A stretch of 64,000 nucleotides of DNA from Bacteroidales bacterium (GTDB taxonomy: Bacteria; Bacteroidota; Bacteroidia; Bacteroidales; CAIWKO01), in assembly GCA_035389045.1 (NCBI GenBank), contig DAOORA010000002.1:14957-78956 (forward strand), given 5' to 3'. How positions within the stretch are numbered: position 1 is the first letter of the stretch; each line of letters begins with the position of its first letter. The translations under genes and the position numbers were made by a program. The notes under the pieces were generated by a model. The model was not told the origin of the DNA, did no database searches, and worked only from the letters and a program-made list of their open reading frames with translations. Below, in pieces: positions 53,952 to 63,246 of the stretch.

Positions 53952-54563
53952 ATGGAGAAAACCAGACTCGAAGTTATTGGAATAACCAAAAGCCAGTCAC
54001 AATCAGGCGCCTTTGCTGTGATCCTTGAAGATGCCGCGGAAAAGAGGCAGTTACCTATACTCATCGGATATAATGAAGCACAATCCATAGCCATAGCTCT
54101 GGAACATATCAGGCCTCCGCGTCCCCTGACACATGATCTTTTTAAGTCCTTCGCTGAAGTTTTCAATATCACTATCGTTGAAGTGATTATCTCTAAACTG
54201 GCTGATGGAGTTTTTTACTCAAAGCTTATTTGCCATGACGGCATCAGAGAACAGGAGATTGACTCCCGCACCTCCGACGCCATTGCCCTGGCATTAAGGT
54301 TCGGATGCCCTATATATGCTTACAAGTCCGTTATGGAAGCTGCCCATAACATCGAAAGTGAAGAGGAGGAAAAAAAGGAAGAAGAAGAAACTATGCCCGG
54401 AAAAAAAAATGCAGAGAAAAAAGATGTTTCAGAAGATAATCCGGTTTCTGAATTTGAAAAATATTCCCTGAAAGAATTGAATGAGCTGCTTAACGAAGCA
54501 ATTGTCAATGAAGAATACGAAAAGGCGTCAAGGATCCGCGATGAAATAAGAAAACGAAAATAA
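53952..54563 (+). CDS. Bifunctional nuclease (DUF151/BFN) domain protein with a C-terminal UVR motif
   Basis: The N-terminal LPILIGYNEAQSIAIALEHIRPPRPLTHDLF is the DUF151 signature. An acidic linker follows. The C-terminal LNEAIVNEEYEKASRIRDEIRKR is UVR-like. Confidence 0.7.
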   Translation: MEKTRLEVIGITKSQSQSGAFAVILEDAAEKRQLPILIGYNEAQSIAIALEHIRPPRPLTHDLFKSFAEVFNITIVEVIISKLADGVFYSKLICHDGIREQEIDSRTSDAIALALRFGCPIYAYKSVMEAAHNIESEEEEKKEEEETMPGKKNAEKKDVSEDNPVSEFEKYSLKELNELLNEAIVNEEYEKASRIRDEIRKRK

Positions 54564-54591
54564 AAGTCAGTATCATTAAAACAAATTTATT

Positions 54592-55845
54592 ATGTATTTA
54601 AAACAACGTTTGATTGCGATGAACTTTTTGCAGTTTTTTATCTGGGGTTCATGGCTGATATCCATTGGAAGATTCTGGTTTGATTATAAAGGATGGTCAA
54701 GTACAGAATTCGGGATCATTTTTTCGACGATGGGCATAGCTTCGCTGTTCATGCCAGCTATTGCCGGCATTATTGCCGACAGATGGGTTAACGCTGAAAG
54801 ACTTTATGGTCTTTTTCACATTTGCGGGGCTATTATTCTTTTCATCCTTCCAAATATAACTGACCCTGTCACCTTTTTCTGGATCATGCTCCTGAATATG
54901 ATCTTTTATATGCCAACCATAGCACTGGCAATAACGGTCTGTTATTCATCAATGAAAAAATCAGGAATGGATATTGTAAAAGAATATCCGCCAATCCGGG
55001 TTTTTGGTACCATAGGTTTTATTGTGGCATTGTGGATAATCAATCTTTTACATTGGGGGGCATCACCCAATCAGTTTTACCTTGCTTCGGCAGCAGCGCT
55101 ATGCCTGGGAATTTATGCGTTCACTATGCCCAAATGCCCCCCGCTTGGCAAAGGACATCAGACAACCTTTGTCAGCGCTCTCGGATTAAATGCTTTTAAA
55201 CTTTTTAAAAGCTATAAAATGGCCTTGTTTTTTATTTTCGCCATGTTACTCGGAGCGGCACTGCAATTGACCAATGCTTACGGGGATACCTTCATCAGCG
55301 ACTTTGCCAAAGACCCTCTGTATAAATATGCTTTTGCTGTCAGGTATTCTGAGATCATTATGTCCATATCACAAATTTCCGAAACCCTTTTTATTCTCAC
55401 CATTCCTTTTTTCCTTAAAAGATTTGGCATAAAAAAGGTGATGCTCATGAGCATGATTGCCTGGGTGCTCAGGTTTGGCCTTTTAGGATTTGGAAATCCT
55501 GCTGATGGATTATGGATGATCATACTTTCTTGTATTATTTACGGAATGGCATTTGATTTTTTCAATATCTCGGGATCCATTTATGTGGAAACACAGAGTG
55601 AGCCTAAGATCAGAGCCAGCGCCCAGGGATTGTTCATGATGATGACCAATGGAGTCGGCGCTGTTACAGGCAGCCTGTTAAGCGGAATTATCATTGAAAA
55701 ATATTTTATGCCCGATGGAGTAAACAAGGAGTGGCCCGGAATATGGTTTACATTTGCCGCTTACGCACTGGTTGTCGCTGTATTGTTTGCTGTGTTATTC
55801 AAACACAAACACGACTCCAAATCTATGGAAAGTGTCCATCACTGA
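54592..55845 (+). CDS. Nucleoside:H+ symporter family MFS permease (NupG/XapB-like)
   Basis: 417 aa with ~12 TM segments. The N-terminus LIAMNFLQFFIWGSWLISIG is typical of the nucleoside permease family. Confidence 0.7.
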   Translation: MYLKQRLIAMNFLQFFIWGSWLISIGRFWFDYKGWSSTEFGIIFSTMGIASLFMPAIAGIIADRWVNAERLYGLFHICGAIILFILPNITDPVTFFWIMLLNMIFYMPTIALAITVCYSSMKKSGMDIVKEYPPIRVFGTIGFIVALWIINLLHWGASPNQFYLASAAALCLGIYAFTMPKCPPLGKGHQTTFVSALGLNAFKLFKSYKMALFFIFAMLLGAALQLTNAYGDTFISDFAKDPLYKYAFAVRYSEIIMSISQISETLFILTIPFFLKRFGIKKVMLMSMIAWVLRFGLLGFGNPADGLWMIILSCIIYGMAFDFFNISGSIYVETQSEPKIRASAQGLFMMMTNGVGAVTGSLLSGIIIEKYFMPDGVNKEWPGIWFTFAAYALVVAVLFAVLFKHKHDSKSMESVHH

Positions 55846-55932
55846 TAATTGTGAAGTAGTGCATTGATGGCTGAATTACCTGTAATTTAATGTCCTTGTC
55901 AAGCGCTGGTTTATCACAAAAAACATGAACAA

Positions 55933-56937
55933 ATGTCGCTAAAAATTGGCATCAATGGTTTTGGAAGGATCGGTAAACTTGTTTTCAGGCTGCTGCAGGA
56001 AAAACCCGATATTGAAATCGTTGGCATCAACGACCCTGCAAACATTATCACCCTAGCACACTTGCTGAAATATGATTCGGCGCACGGGAGGTTTTCCGGC
56101 ACTGTAGATATTTCCGGTAATAAACTTATTGTTAATAAAAAGCCAATCGAAGTTTATCACGAACAGATACCTGCTGATATCCCGCGAACCATGCATGGCG
56201 CTGATATCGTTATAGAAGCCTCCGGCTTGTTTACAACACGGGATCAGTTATCACAGCATCTGACATCCGGGGCGGAAAAAGTCATACTCACCTGCCCTCC
56301 GAAAGATGAACTCGATAAAACCATCATCATCGGGATCAATGAAGATACGATTACTTCAAACGACCGGATTATCTCCAATGCATCATGTACGGCAAACTGC
56401 GCTGCTCCTTTACTGAAAATTGTACATGATAATTTCGGAATCGAAAGGATTTTTATGAATACCGTTCACCCGGCAACCAACAATCAGCGGCTGATCGATG
56501 CGCCTCATCCTGACCTGAGACGTTCACGCACAGCCCTGACAAACATTATTCCTACTACATCCACCGCTATACCCCTGATAAAAAAATTAATGCCGTTTCT
56601 CAACGATTGTTTCGACGGATTGGCCACCCGTGTTCCGGTGGATGACGGATCGCTGATCGAATTTGCCATAGTAGTTAAAAAAAATACCAACGCAGATGAA
56701 GTGAACCACTCATTCCGGCAGGCATCCATCGGAGTTTACAAAGGAATAGTTGAATACACGTCCGACCCGATCGTTTCGGGCGATATCATCGGCAACCCGC
56801 ATTCCGCAATATTCGACAGCCGCTGCACCAAAGTCCTGAAAGATAATTTCATTCAGATCATCGGCTGGTATGATAATGAATACGGATATTCAAGCCGAGT
56901 AGTTGACCTGATCGGTTTGATGAAAAAATTCTTATAG
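55933..56937 (+). CDS. gap: Glyceraldehyde-3-phosphate dehydrogenase
   Basis: NAD-binding site KIGINGFGRIGKLVFR, catalytic site SNASCTANCAAP, and the C-terminal WYDNEYGYSSRVVDL. Confidence 0.9.
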   Translation: MSLKIGINGFGRIGKLVFRLLQEKPDIEIVGINDPANIITLAHLLKYDSAHGRFSGTVDISGNKLIVNKKPIEVYHEQIPADIPRTMHGADIVIEASGLFTTRDQLSQHLTSGAEKVILTCPPKDELDKTIIIGINEDTITSNDRIISNASCTANCAAPLLKIVHDNFGIERIFMNTVHPATNNQRLIDAPHPDLRRSRTALTNIIPTTSTAIPLIKKLMPFLNDCFDGLATRVPVDDGSLIEFAIVVKKNTNADEVNHSFRQASIGVYKGIVEYTSDPIVSGDIIGNPHSAIFDSRCTKVLKDNFIQIIGWYDNEYGYSSRVVDLIGLMKKFL

Positions 56938-56957
56938 ATTTCTAAAGTACTCAACCA

Positions 56958-58583
56958 TTGACAACCGAAAAGAAAGACAATTTGCTTATTCACGGATTTA
57001 TTGATGCTGCCAATAAATTTAATGGGCATCATGCACTTGATATAGACAACAACAAGACTACTTATGGCGAGTTAAAAAATCATATTGAAAAAATTGCCGG
57101 ATGCATAATAGCAAACACCCAACCTTCAGCTTCTTTTGTTGCCATACTTGCCGACAGAAGCCTTTCGGCATACTCAGGCGTCCTGGGCACCCTGCTGGCC
57201 GGGAAAGCTTATGTCCCGCTGAACCATAAATTCCCTGTTGAACGGTCCTTATATATGGCTGATTTTTCGTCCGTTGATATTATTATTGTCGGCCCGGAAT
57301 GTTATGAATACTTTTTTCAGATACTTCAAAAAATCAAAAAAAACATTGTTGCTATTTTCCCTGAAACTACCAAACCGGAGCATATCGAAAAAGATTATCC
57401 GCAACATGTTTTTTTCGGAGCTGATGAATTGAACCTGTTTGACACCTCAAAAATACCATCAAACGTTCATCCCGATACACCGGCATATATGCTGTTTACA
57501 TCGGGCAGCACAGGTATTCCCAAAGCGGTGCCGGTATCCAACAGAAATGTCGTATCCTATATTGATAATATTTCGAGTCTTTACGATTTTAATGAAACCG
57601 ACAGATTCTACCAGGTTTCCGACCTCACTTTTGATCTGAGTGTACAGGACCTGTTCCTGTGTTGGAAATCAGGAGGATGCCTCTGTGCTCCGGGGAACAA
57701 CAATTTGGTTGCCATACCCCGGTTCATCAAGGAAAAACAACTGACGGTATGGCTTTTTGTACCCTCTGTAGCTATTCTTTTCTCAAAAATGAGGTTGCTC
57801 AAACCAGGCTCTTTTCCTTCACTGAGATATAGTATGTTCTGCGGAGAAGCCTTGCCGGCGTCAACTGCCGAAACATGGCAGGCAGCAGCATCCTATTCTA
57901 CCCTAATAAACCTTTACGGCCCAACCGAGGCCACCGTGGCCATTGCTCATTATAAATGGAACAAAAACTCTCAGGAAAACAATTCCATAAACGGAATAGT
58001 GCCTTTAGGAAAGATTTTTAAAAACCAGAAATACTGCATTGTGGATGACGATCTCAACCCTGTTGAAAAGGGCACGATAGGAGAACTTTGTCTAAGCGGC
58101 TCACAAGTTTGCCATGGTTATTTTAAAAGCCCTGAAAACAATGAAAAATCTTTCATAAGAATAGCTTCCATGCCGGAAGATCTCTGGTACAGAACCGGTG
58201 ACAGGGTAATGGCCGATAAAAATGACTGCCTGTATTTCTTCGGCCGGGCTGATAGTGAGTTGAAAATAAAAGGCTACCGCGTAAATCTGCTGGAAATAGA
58301 CCATGCGGTCAGCAGTTTTTTCAAGGCCTCTGTTGTTGCAACTATAGCCATACCCGACCCGGTTGATGCAACAAATATGTTAGTCACATTTATATGCTCA
58401 CGGGATGTGGAACAGAAAAAAAACGAAACGGCTGTCATCAATCATTGTAAACAAATATTACCTCATTACATGCTGCCTGAAAAAATCTTTTTCCTCGACG
58501 AAATCCCATTGAATAACAACGGTAAAATAGACCGTCCAGCTTTGATAAATAAATATAAAACGCTTTGCCCTGATGGAAACTAA
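56958..58583 (+). CDS. Stand-alone adenylation enzyme (ANL superfamily; DltA/NRPS A-domain-like)
   Basis: Core motifs in order: YMLFTSGSTGIPKAV (A3), NLYGPTE (A5), YRTGD (A7), GRADSELKIKGYRVNLLEID (A8), NNNGKIDR (A10). The apparent start is TTG. Confidence 0.8.
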   Translation: MTTEKKDNLLIHGFIDAANKFNGHHALDIDNNKTTYGELKNHIEKIAGCIIANTQPSASFVAILADRSLSAYSGVLGTLLAGKAYVPLNHKFPVERSLYMADFSSVDIIIVGPECYEYFFQILQKIKKNIVAIFPETTKPEHIEKDYPQHVFFGADELNLFDTSKIPSNVHPDTPAYMLFTSGSTGIPKAVPVSNRNVVSYIDNISSLYDFNETDRFYQVSDLTFDLSVQDLFLCWKSGGCLCAPGNNNLVAIPRFIKEKQLTVWLFVPSVAILFSKMRLLKPGSFPSLRYSMFCGEALPASTAETWQAAASYSTLINLYGPTEATVAIAHYKWNKNSQENNSINGIVPLGKIFKNQKYCIVDDDLNPVEKGTIGELCLSGSQVCHGYFKSPENNEKSFIRIASMPEDLWYRTGDRVMADKNDCLYFFGRADSELKIKGYRVNLLEIDHAVSSFFKASVVATIAIPDPVDATNMLVTFICSRDVEQKKNETAVINHCKQILPHYMLPEKIFFLDEIPLNNNGKIDRPALINKYKTLCPDGN

Positions 58584-58839
58584 AGAAAAAGAAGTATTCG
58601 ACTGTATCATAGTTCAGTTATCCGATAAATTAAAAAGAAGCGGCTTGTCTGCAAACGATATCACTCCTCAGTTCAATCTGACCAAAACCGGACTGTTGGA
58701 CTCGCTTTCATTCGTTAACCTGGTCGCCTTCCTCGAACATAAATACGACATGGAGGTCAATTATGAAGAAGCATTTCTGGATCCGGATTTTACAAGTATT
58801 TCAGGACTGACCGGCGTAATACTGAAAGGAATAAAATGA
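58573..58839 (+). CDS. Carrier protein (ACP/PCP-like)
   Basis: 88 aa. GLLDSLSFVNLVAFLE contains the phosphopantetheinyl-serine motif. It overlaps the adenylation gene by 11 nt. Confidence 0.65.
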   Translation: METKEKEVFDCIIVQLSDKLKRSGLSANDITPQFNLTKTGLLDSLSFVNLVAFLEHKYDMEVNYEEAFLDPDFTSISGLTGVILKGIK

Positions 58840-59324
58840 GCGATATTATTATAAAAGCCATTACCGAAAAAGATATAGATCTGATTGCTCAGATAAAAAA
58901 GCTTTTCGCCCAAATGTATGAATTTTTCACCCAAAAAGGATTGACAATTTCCCTGGTGAAAAATGGTGAAGAGATTTGGATGGATTCAATATTACCCACG
59001 CTGAACAGGCTAAATATTCTATTTGTTGCAGTAGAACACGACGAAGTCATTGGTTTTATATACGGTTATTTCAGTTTTACCCGGGAACACACCGGTTCAC
59101 TAAAAGTGGGTGTAATATCTGAAACCTATGTTAAACCGGGTAGCCGGAAAAAAGGCATTGGAAAGTTATTGGTTGCAACCATTGAAAACTGGTTCATCAG
59201 TAAGGATGTACATTCAATTGAACTGCAGGTGATCTGTAATAACGAAAGCGCCCTTTCTTTCTGGGGAAAATCCGGATATACCAGAGAAAGTATCCGATTC
59301 AGAAAAGAATTTATTAAAAGCTGA
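58836..59324 (+). CDS. GNAT-family N-acetyltransferase
   Basis: 162 aa. The acetyl-CoA-binding motif A is ETYVKPGSRKKGIGKLLV, with a downstream ALSFWGKSGY. There is an ATGA overlap with the carrier gene. Confidence 0.65.
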   Translation: MSDIIIKAITEKDIDLIAQIKKLFAQMYEFFTQKGLTISLVKNGEEIWMDSILPTLNRLNILFVAVEHDEVIGFIYGYFSFTREHTGSLKVGVISETYVKPGSRKKGIGKLLVATIENWFISKDVHSIELQVICNNESALSFWGKSGYTRESIRFRKEFIKS

Positions 59325-59333
59325 CCATCTGTC

Positions 59334-60200
59334 GTGGAAAAGTATATCCCATATACAAAGATCAGTGATGAACTTGATATTCATGAAGGGGACATGGTAT
59401 TTATTGCCTCTGACATCACAAAATTAAGCATCAGTGCGATCAGGGCTGAAGGAGCTTTTGACCCCGATGCATTTATTAACAGTATACAAAACAAACTTGG
59501 CCCAAAGGGAACCCTGTTGTTTCCCGCATATAATTATCTGCTGGAAACCGGAGATCATTTTGACATCAGAAAAACCAGGCCATTCCTCTGTGGAGCCTTA
59601 TCACTGGCGGCATTGCAACGGCCGGACTTCGTACGGACAAAACATCCGCTGCATTCTTTTCTGGTTTGGGGCAAACATGCCGGGCAACTCAGTACCATGG
59701 GTAACAAAAGTTCCTTTGGCGACGATTCTCCTTACGCCTTCATGCATCAGCATAAGGCGAAAATGTTATGCATTGACATCGACATCTGGGGATCTTTCAC
59801 CTTCACACATTACATTGAAGAAAAGCTGCAGGTGAATTATCGTCACATGAGAAAATATACGTTTTTATATACGGACGAAACAGGTAATACTACATCCAAA
59901 GAATACCTTTTATACAAAAAATATCCGGGCATAAAAATGATTTTTGGACGGTTAGAACATATTTTCAAAGAACATAATATTTTTAAAGAACTTACAATAA
60001 ATAAATGCTTGTTCAGGATAATTCCACTGGATGACAATACTTTTTCAATTGTAATTAACGACATCCGTAACAATAAAGCCCGCAACATTGCAAAATTCAG
60101 CTTCCCGCTTTTTGTAAAAGACATCTTAAAAATAATCCTGAAAAAACTTCATCTCTTCAGGCCATTAAATGAAAGAATAGGTAATGCTTCTGGTATATAG
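59334..60200 (+). CDS. AAC(3)-family (aminoglycoside 3-N-acetyltransferase-like) protein
   Basis: 288 aa. EGDMVFIASD, PKGTLLFPAYN, VRTKHPLHSFLVWGKHA, DSPYAF and FTFTHYIEE follow the order and spacing of the AAC(3)/Antibiotic_NAT fold motifs. The start is GTG. Confidence 0.55.
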   Translation: MEKYIPYTKISDELDIHEGDMVFIASDITKLSISAIRAEGAFDPDAFINSIQNKLGPKGTLLFPAYNYLLETGDHFDIRKTRPFLCGALSLAALQRPDFVRTKHPLHSFLVWGKHAGQLSTMGNKSSFGDDSPYAFMHQHKAKMLCIDIDIWGSFTFTHYIEEKLQVNYRHMRKYTFLYTDETGNTTSKEYLLYKKYPGIKMIFGRLEHIFKEHNIFKELTINKCLFRIIPLDDNTFSIVINDIRNNKARNIAKFSFPLFVKDILKIILKKLHLFRPLNERIGNASGI

Positions 60201-61491
60201 CCCATACATCACACCACGAGTGACTTATGTTTTCGACCTGATTTTTAAAAGTCTTATAGGCATACCATATGGCATTACAACCGATATAGAAGAATTTGAA
60301 AAATATTCTGGACCCTGTTTGAATTATTCACCGGCCAGGATTGGCCATGAATTATTTATCGAAACAAACGACCTGCTCTTTGAAAAAAATATCCGCTCTC
60401 TGGCCATCGGGGTTTCCGAGTGGAACGGCACAAAAACATTTTTCAAAACCTCTGAAAATTCCGACATTCCGTTCGACCTGTTTTCAGCAAGCTTTTTCCT
60501 GATTTCACGATATGAAGAATATCTTCCTTCGGTCCGCGACGCCCACAACCGTTTCATTGCGGAAGACAGCATTGCTTTTAAAAATGATTTCCTGCAAAAA
60601 CCTCTTGTAAATATCTGGGCGGCTTTGCTCAAACAAAAAATACAAGTACACTACCCTGAAATTGTTTTTACACCACCGCACTATCATTATATTTCGACCT
60701 TTGATCTTGATAATGTTTTTTGTTACCGTGGTAAAGGCTTGATCCGTAATGCCGGCGGTTTTGTCAAATCGTTGTTGAAACTGAATTTTTCCAAAATCAC
60801 GGAAAGGATACATGTTTTATCAGGCAAAATCAATGACCCTTTCGACCACTATGAGTTCCATCGCAAATTACAAGAGTTATATAGATTTCCTATAATATAT
60901 TTTTTACTCTTTGCAAAAAAAACGCTTTTCGACGGAGCTTTGTCACCAAAGAGTATCGCCTACAAAAACCTGATAAACAGCATAAAACAATATGCAGAAA
61001 TTGGAATTCATCCCTCCTATTTTTCTGGTGAAAAACCCAGCCTGTTTCAACAGGAACTTCAACATTTGAGCAAGGTTACTCAAACGCCCATAACCAAAAG
61101 CCGCCAGCACTTTCTGAAAATTTCATTTCCGGATACCTACCATAACCTCATGCAGGCTGGCATCACAGAAGATTATTCTATGGGGTACCCTTCCCATTTG
61201 GGATTCCGGGCAGGTATCTGCACTCCTTTTTATTTTTATGATCTGTCACAGGAAACTGTCACGGACTTAAAAATCTTTCCTTTCTGCATAATGGACTCAG
61301 CCATGTTCGACTATATGAAGATCCCTTCCGGCAATGCTTTGCAGCATATCAAAAAACTGGTGGATGAAGTAAAAAATGTTAACGGAACCCTGATTACCAT
61401 CTGGCACGACCGGACATTCAGCAATGCCGGGCACTACAAGGGATGGAAGAATGTATTTGAAGAAACAGTTAAAATGGCAAGTATAAAATAG
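60184..61491 (+). CDS. Hypothetical protein, possibly polysaccharide-deacetylase-related
   Basis: 435-aa ORF overlapping the upstream gene by 17 nt. The N-terminus SPYITPRVTYVFDLIF resembles Bacteroidota proteins I recall as annotated polysaccharide deacetylase family. No catalytic motif could be verified by eye. Confidence 0.35.
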   Translation: MLLVYSPYITPRVTYVFDLIFKSLIGIPYGITTDIEEFEKYSGPCLNYSPARIGHELFIETNDLLFEKNIRSLAIGVSEWNGTKTFFKTSENSDIPFDLFSASFFLISRYEEYLPSVRDAHNRFIAEDSIAFKNDFLQKPLVNIWAALLKQKIQVHYPEIVFTPPHYHYISTFDLDNVFCYRGKGLIRNAGGFVKSLLKLNFSKITERIHVLSGKINDPFDHYEFHRKLQELYRFPIIYFLLFAKKTLFDGALSPKSIAYKNLINSIKQYAEIGIHPSYFSGEKPSLFQQELQHLSKVTQTPITKSRQHFLKISFPDTYHNLMQAGITEDYSMGYPSHLGFRAGICTPFYFYDLSQETVTDLKIFPFCIMDSAMFDYMKIPSGNALQHIKKLVDEVKNVNGTLITIWHDRTFSNAGHYKGWKNVFEETVKMASIK

Positions 61492-61506
61492 CTTATAACC
61501 AATTTT

Positions 61507-62577
61507 TTATATCTTTGGAAAAACCATTTCGCCCTGGCTTTCCTGATAAAGCTGCCGGTAAGTAACAAATTGCACCTGATCAGGGTGTTTTTCCTGTACT
61601 TTTTTCACAAAATCAACAAACATCCGCATAGAATAGTCGCCCATGGTTTTCGGATGTCCTATCGCACAAAGCATCACCTCGTCATACATGCGGTATTTAT
61701 GAAGATTGTATTCCAATATTTTCATCAGATAAGCTGCCGATAAAGTGTAATTATCAAAACTCAGCATCCTGCTTGAACAGAGCTGGCCAATTCTTTTTTT
61801 CATTCCGGCCGGTTTGCCCCGGTGAACCTGACAACCATGATCTGCAGGAGCCCGCGGAGCCATTTTATTAATTTTAAAGCGGGTGGGCAGCTCAAAAATT
61901 GTTTTCAGAATCCCGGCAATGGGAATTTCGAGTATCCCGGCATTATTTTCTTTCCTGAAATCCCCCTCCGGCCCGATGAACCAGTTCGGGCTCGCCGGCA
62001 TACCCGTAAAATCAACATCAGATAAGGCGGAACCGAACCGGTAGCCTTTACAAATTGAACTATCATAACAAATACCGTTCTCAAGAAGACTCTGAAATAT
62101 CTGGTCACTGCCCGGCTCCAGGTTATAGCCTCCAGCGCGGTATGCAACACAACGGTAATCTTTCTGAACACCAGCGCATAATTCCGTAAGAAAATGTCTG
62201 CCATGGCTTACAATTTTTCGGATATCCCATACCGGATGAACCTTAAAATCAGAAAGCATAAAATCACCCGACGGCTGATAAGTATTCCCCTCAAAAACAG
62301 AGGTCAGCCAATGCGGATGAAGATGAAGCTGCACATCATGATTATTATGTAATGCCTGATAAAGCTGATCTTTATACGGTTGAAAAAAATCATTTTTATC
62401 CCAGTCACTGAATTGATAGGCACAAAGAACATCAGTAAAAAGAGTAAGCGGTACACCCAACCCCGTCGCAATTTCCAACAGTTTCTTAGTAGGCCTGAAT
62501 AAAGCTTCATGGTATGAAGTTTTCAAGCCGCCCAAGGGCAACTCATGATCAAAAGTGAGAAACAGCTTACACTTCAT
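61507..62577 (-). CDS. Putative polysaccharide deacetylase-like (NodB-fold-like) protein
   Basis: 356 aa. The N-terminus LFLTFDHELPLGG resembles the TFDD/E metal-binding strand, and HLHPHW is a His-rich site. It is convergent with the upstream operon. Confidence 0.4.
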   Translation of the reverse strand: MKCKLFLTFDHELPLGGLKTSYHEALFRPTKKLLEIATGLGVPLTLFTDVLCAYQFSDWDKNDFFQPYKDQLYQALHNNHDVQLHLHPHWLTSVFEGNTYQPSGDFMLSDFKVHPVWDIRKIVSHGRHFLTELCAGVQKDYRCVAYRAGGYNLEPGSDQIFQSLLENGICYDSSICKGYRFGSALSDVDFTGMPASPNWFIGPEGDFRKENNAGILEIPIAGILKTIFELPTRFKINKMAPRAPADHGCQVHRGKPAGMKKRIGQLCSSRMLSFDNYTLSAAYLMKILEYNLHKYRMYDEVMLCAIGHPKTMGDYSMRMFVDFVKKVQEKHPDQVQFVTYRQLYQESQGEMVFPKI

Positions 62578-62667
62578 TCTTAGAATAAAAATAAAAATTA
62601 ATCGCCCGGATATGACAAATCATACAAACACAAAGGTAATGATATGTCACAAAACTATTCCAAGTTA

Positions 62668-63084
62668 TTAATCAGCACAGCGATCAAAACCATATTCATC
62701 GGAAAACTTTCTCAGAATAGCAGAAATATCTTCAAAAGCAACATAATGCTTGCTGCATCCTTTGCGGGAGCAAATAACCACTTTCCCGCCTTTGTCCAGA
62801 AGAAAACCCACCATAGGCGCTTTGCATTTTTCACATTCTTCTTTGGAATTTAGGACATGCTGGCAATGTGGACAGGTAAATTCAGCAATATCAGTACCCG
62901 AAAGATCCAGATCACACACATGGTCAAAACAACCGTAAACAGAGCATAAATGAATAATCCCTCTCATCTGATCCACATAAATATTCAGTTTTATACTTGG
63001 TTTATCGCATAATTTGACCTGCTCATCCATAAGTGATTCTTTACAAAAAGGACACCTGACACTTACACTTATTATATTGGCCAT
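62668..63084 (-). CDS. Zinc-ribbon-rich small protein
   Basis: 138 aa with paired Cys motifs CPFC, CPHCQ...CEKC and CSRKGC. Confidence 0.4.
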   Translation of the reverse strand: MANIISVSVRCPFCKESLMDEQVKLCDKPSIKLNIYVDQMRGIIHLCSVYGCFDHVCDLDLSGTDIAEFTCPHCQHVLNSKEECEKCKAPMVGFLLDKGGKVVICSRKGCSKHYVAFEDISAILRKFSDEYGFDRCAD

Positions 63085-63246
63085 GAACTCCTCCGATTTT
63101 AATGTCTTTAATTTGATAGTATAAATTTACAACAATTTCACATGAAAAACAGGATTATTATTTTTATTCAGGTGTGTTCCTGACGCTATTATCTGAAACT
63201 ATTTTCTGACATATTTTATATCTTTGAACTCAAACACAATTCTCTT

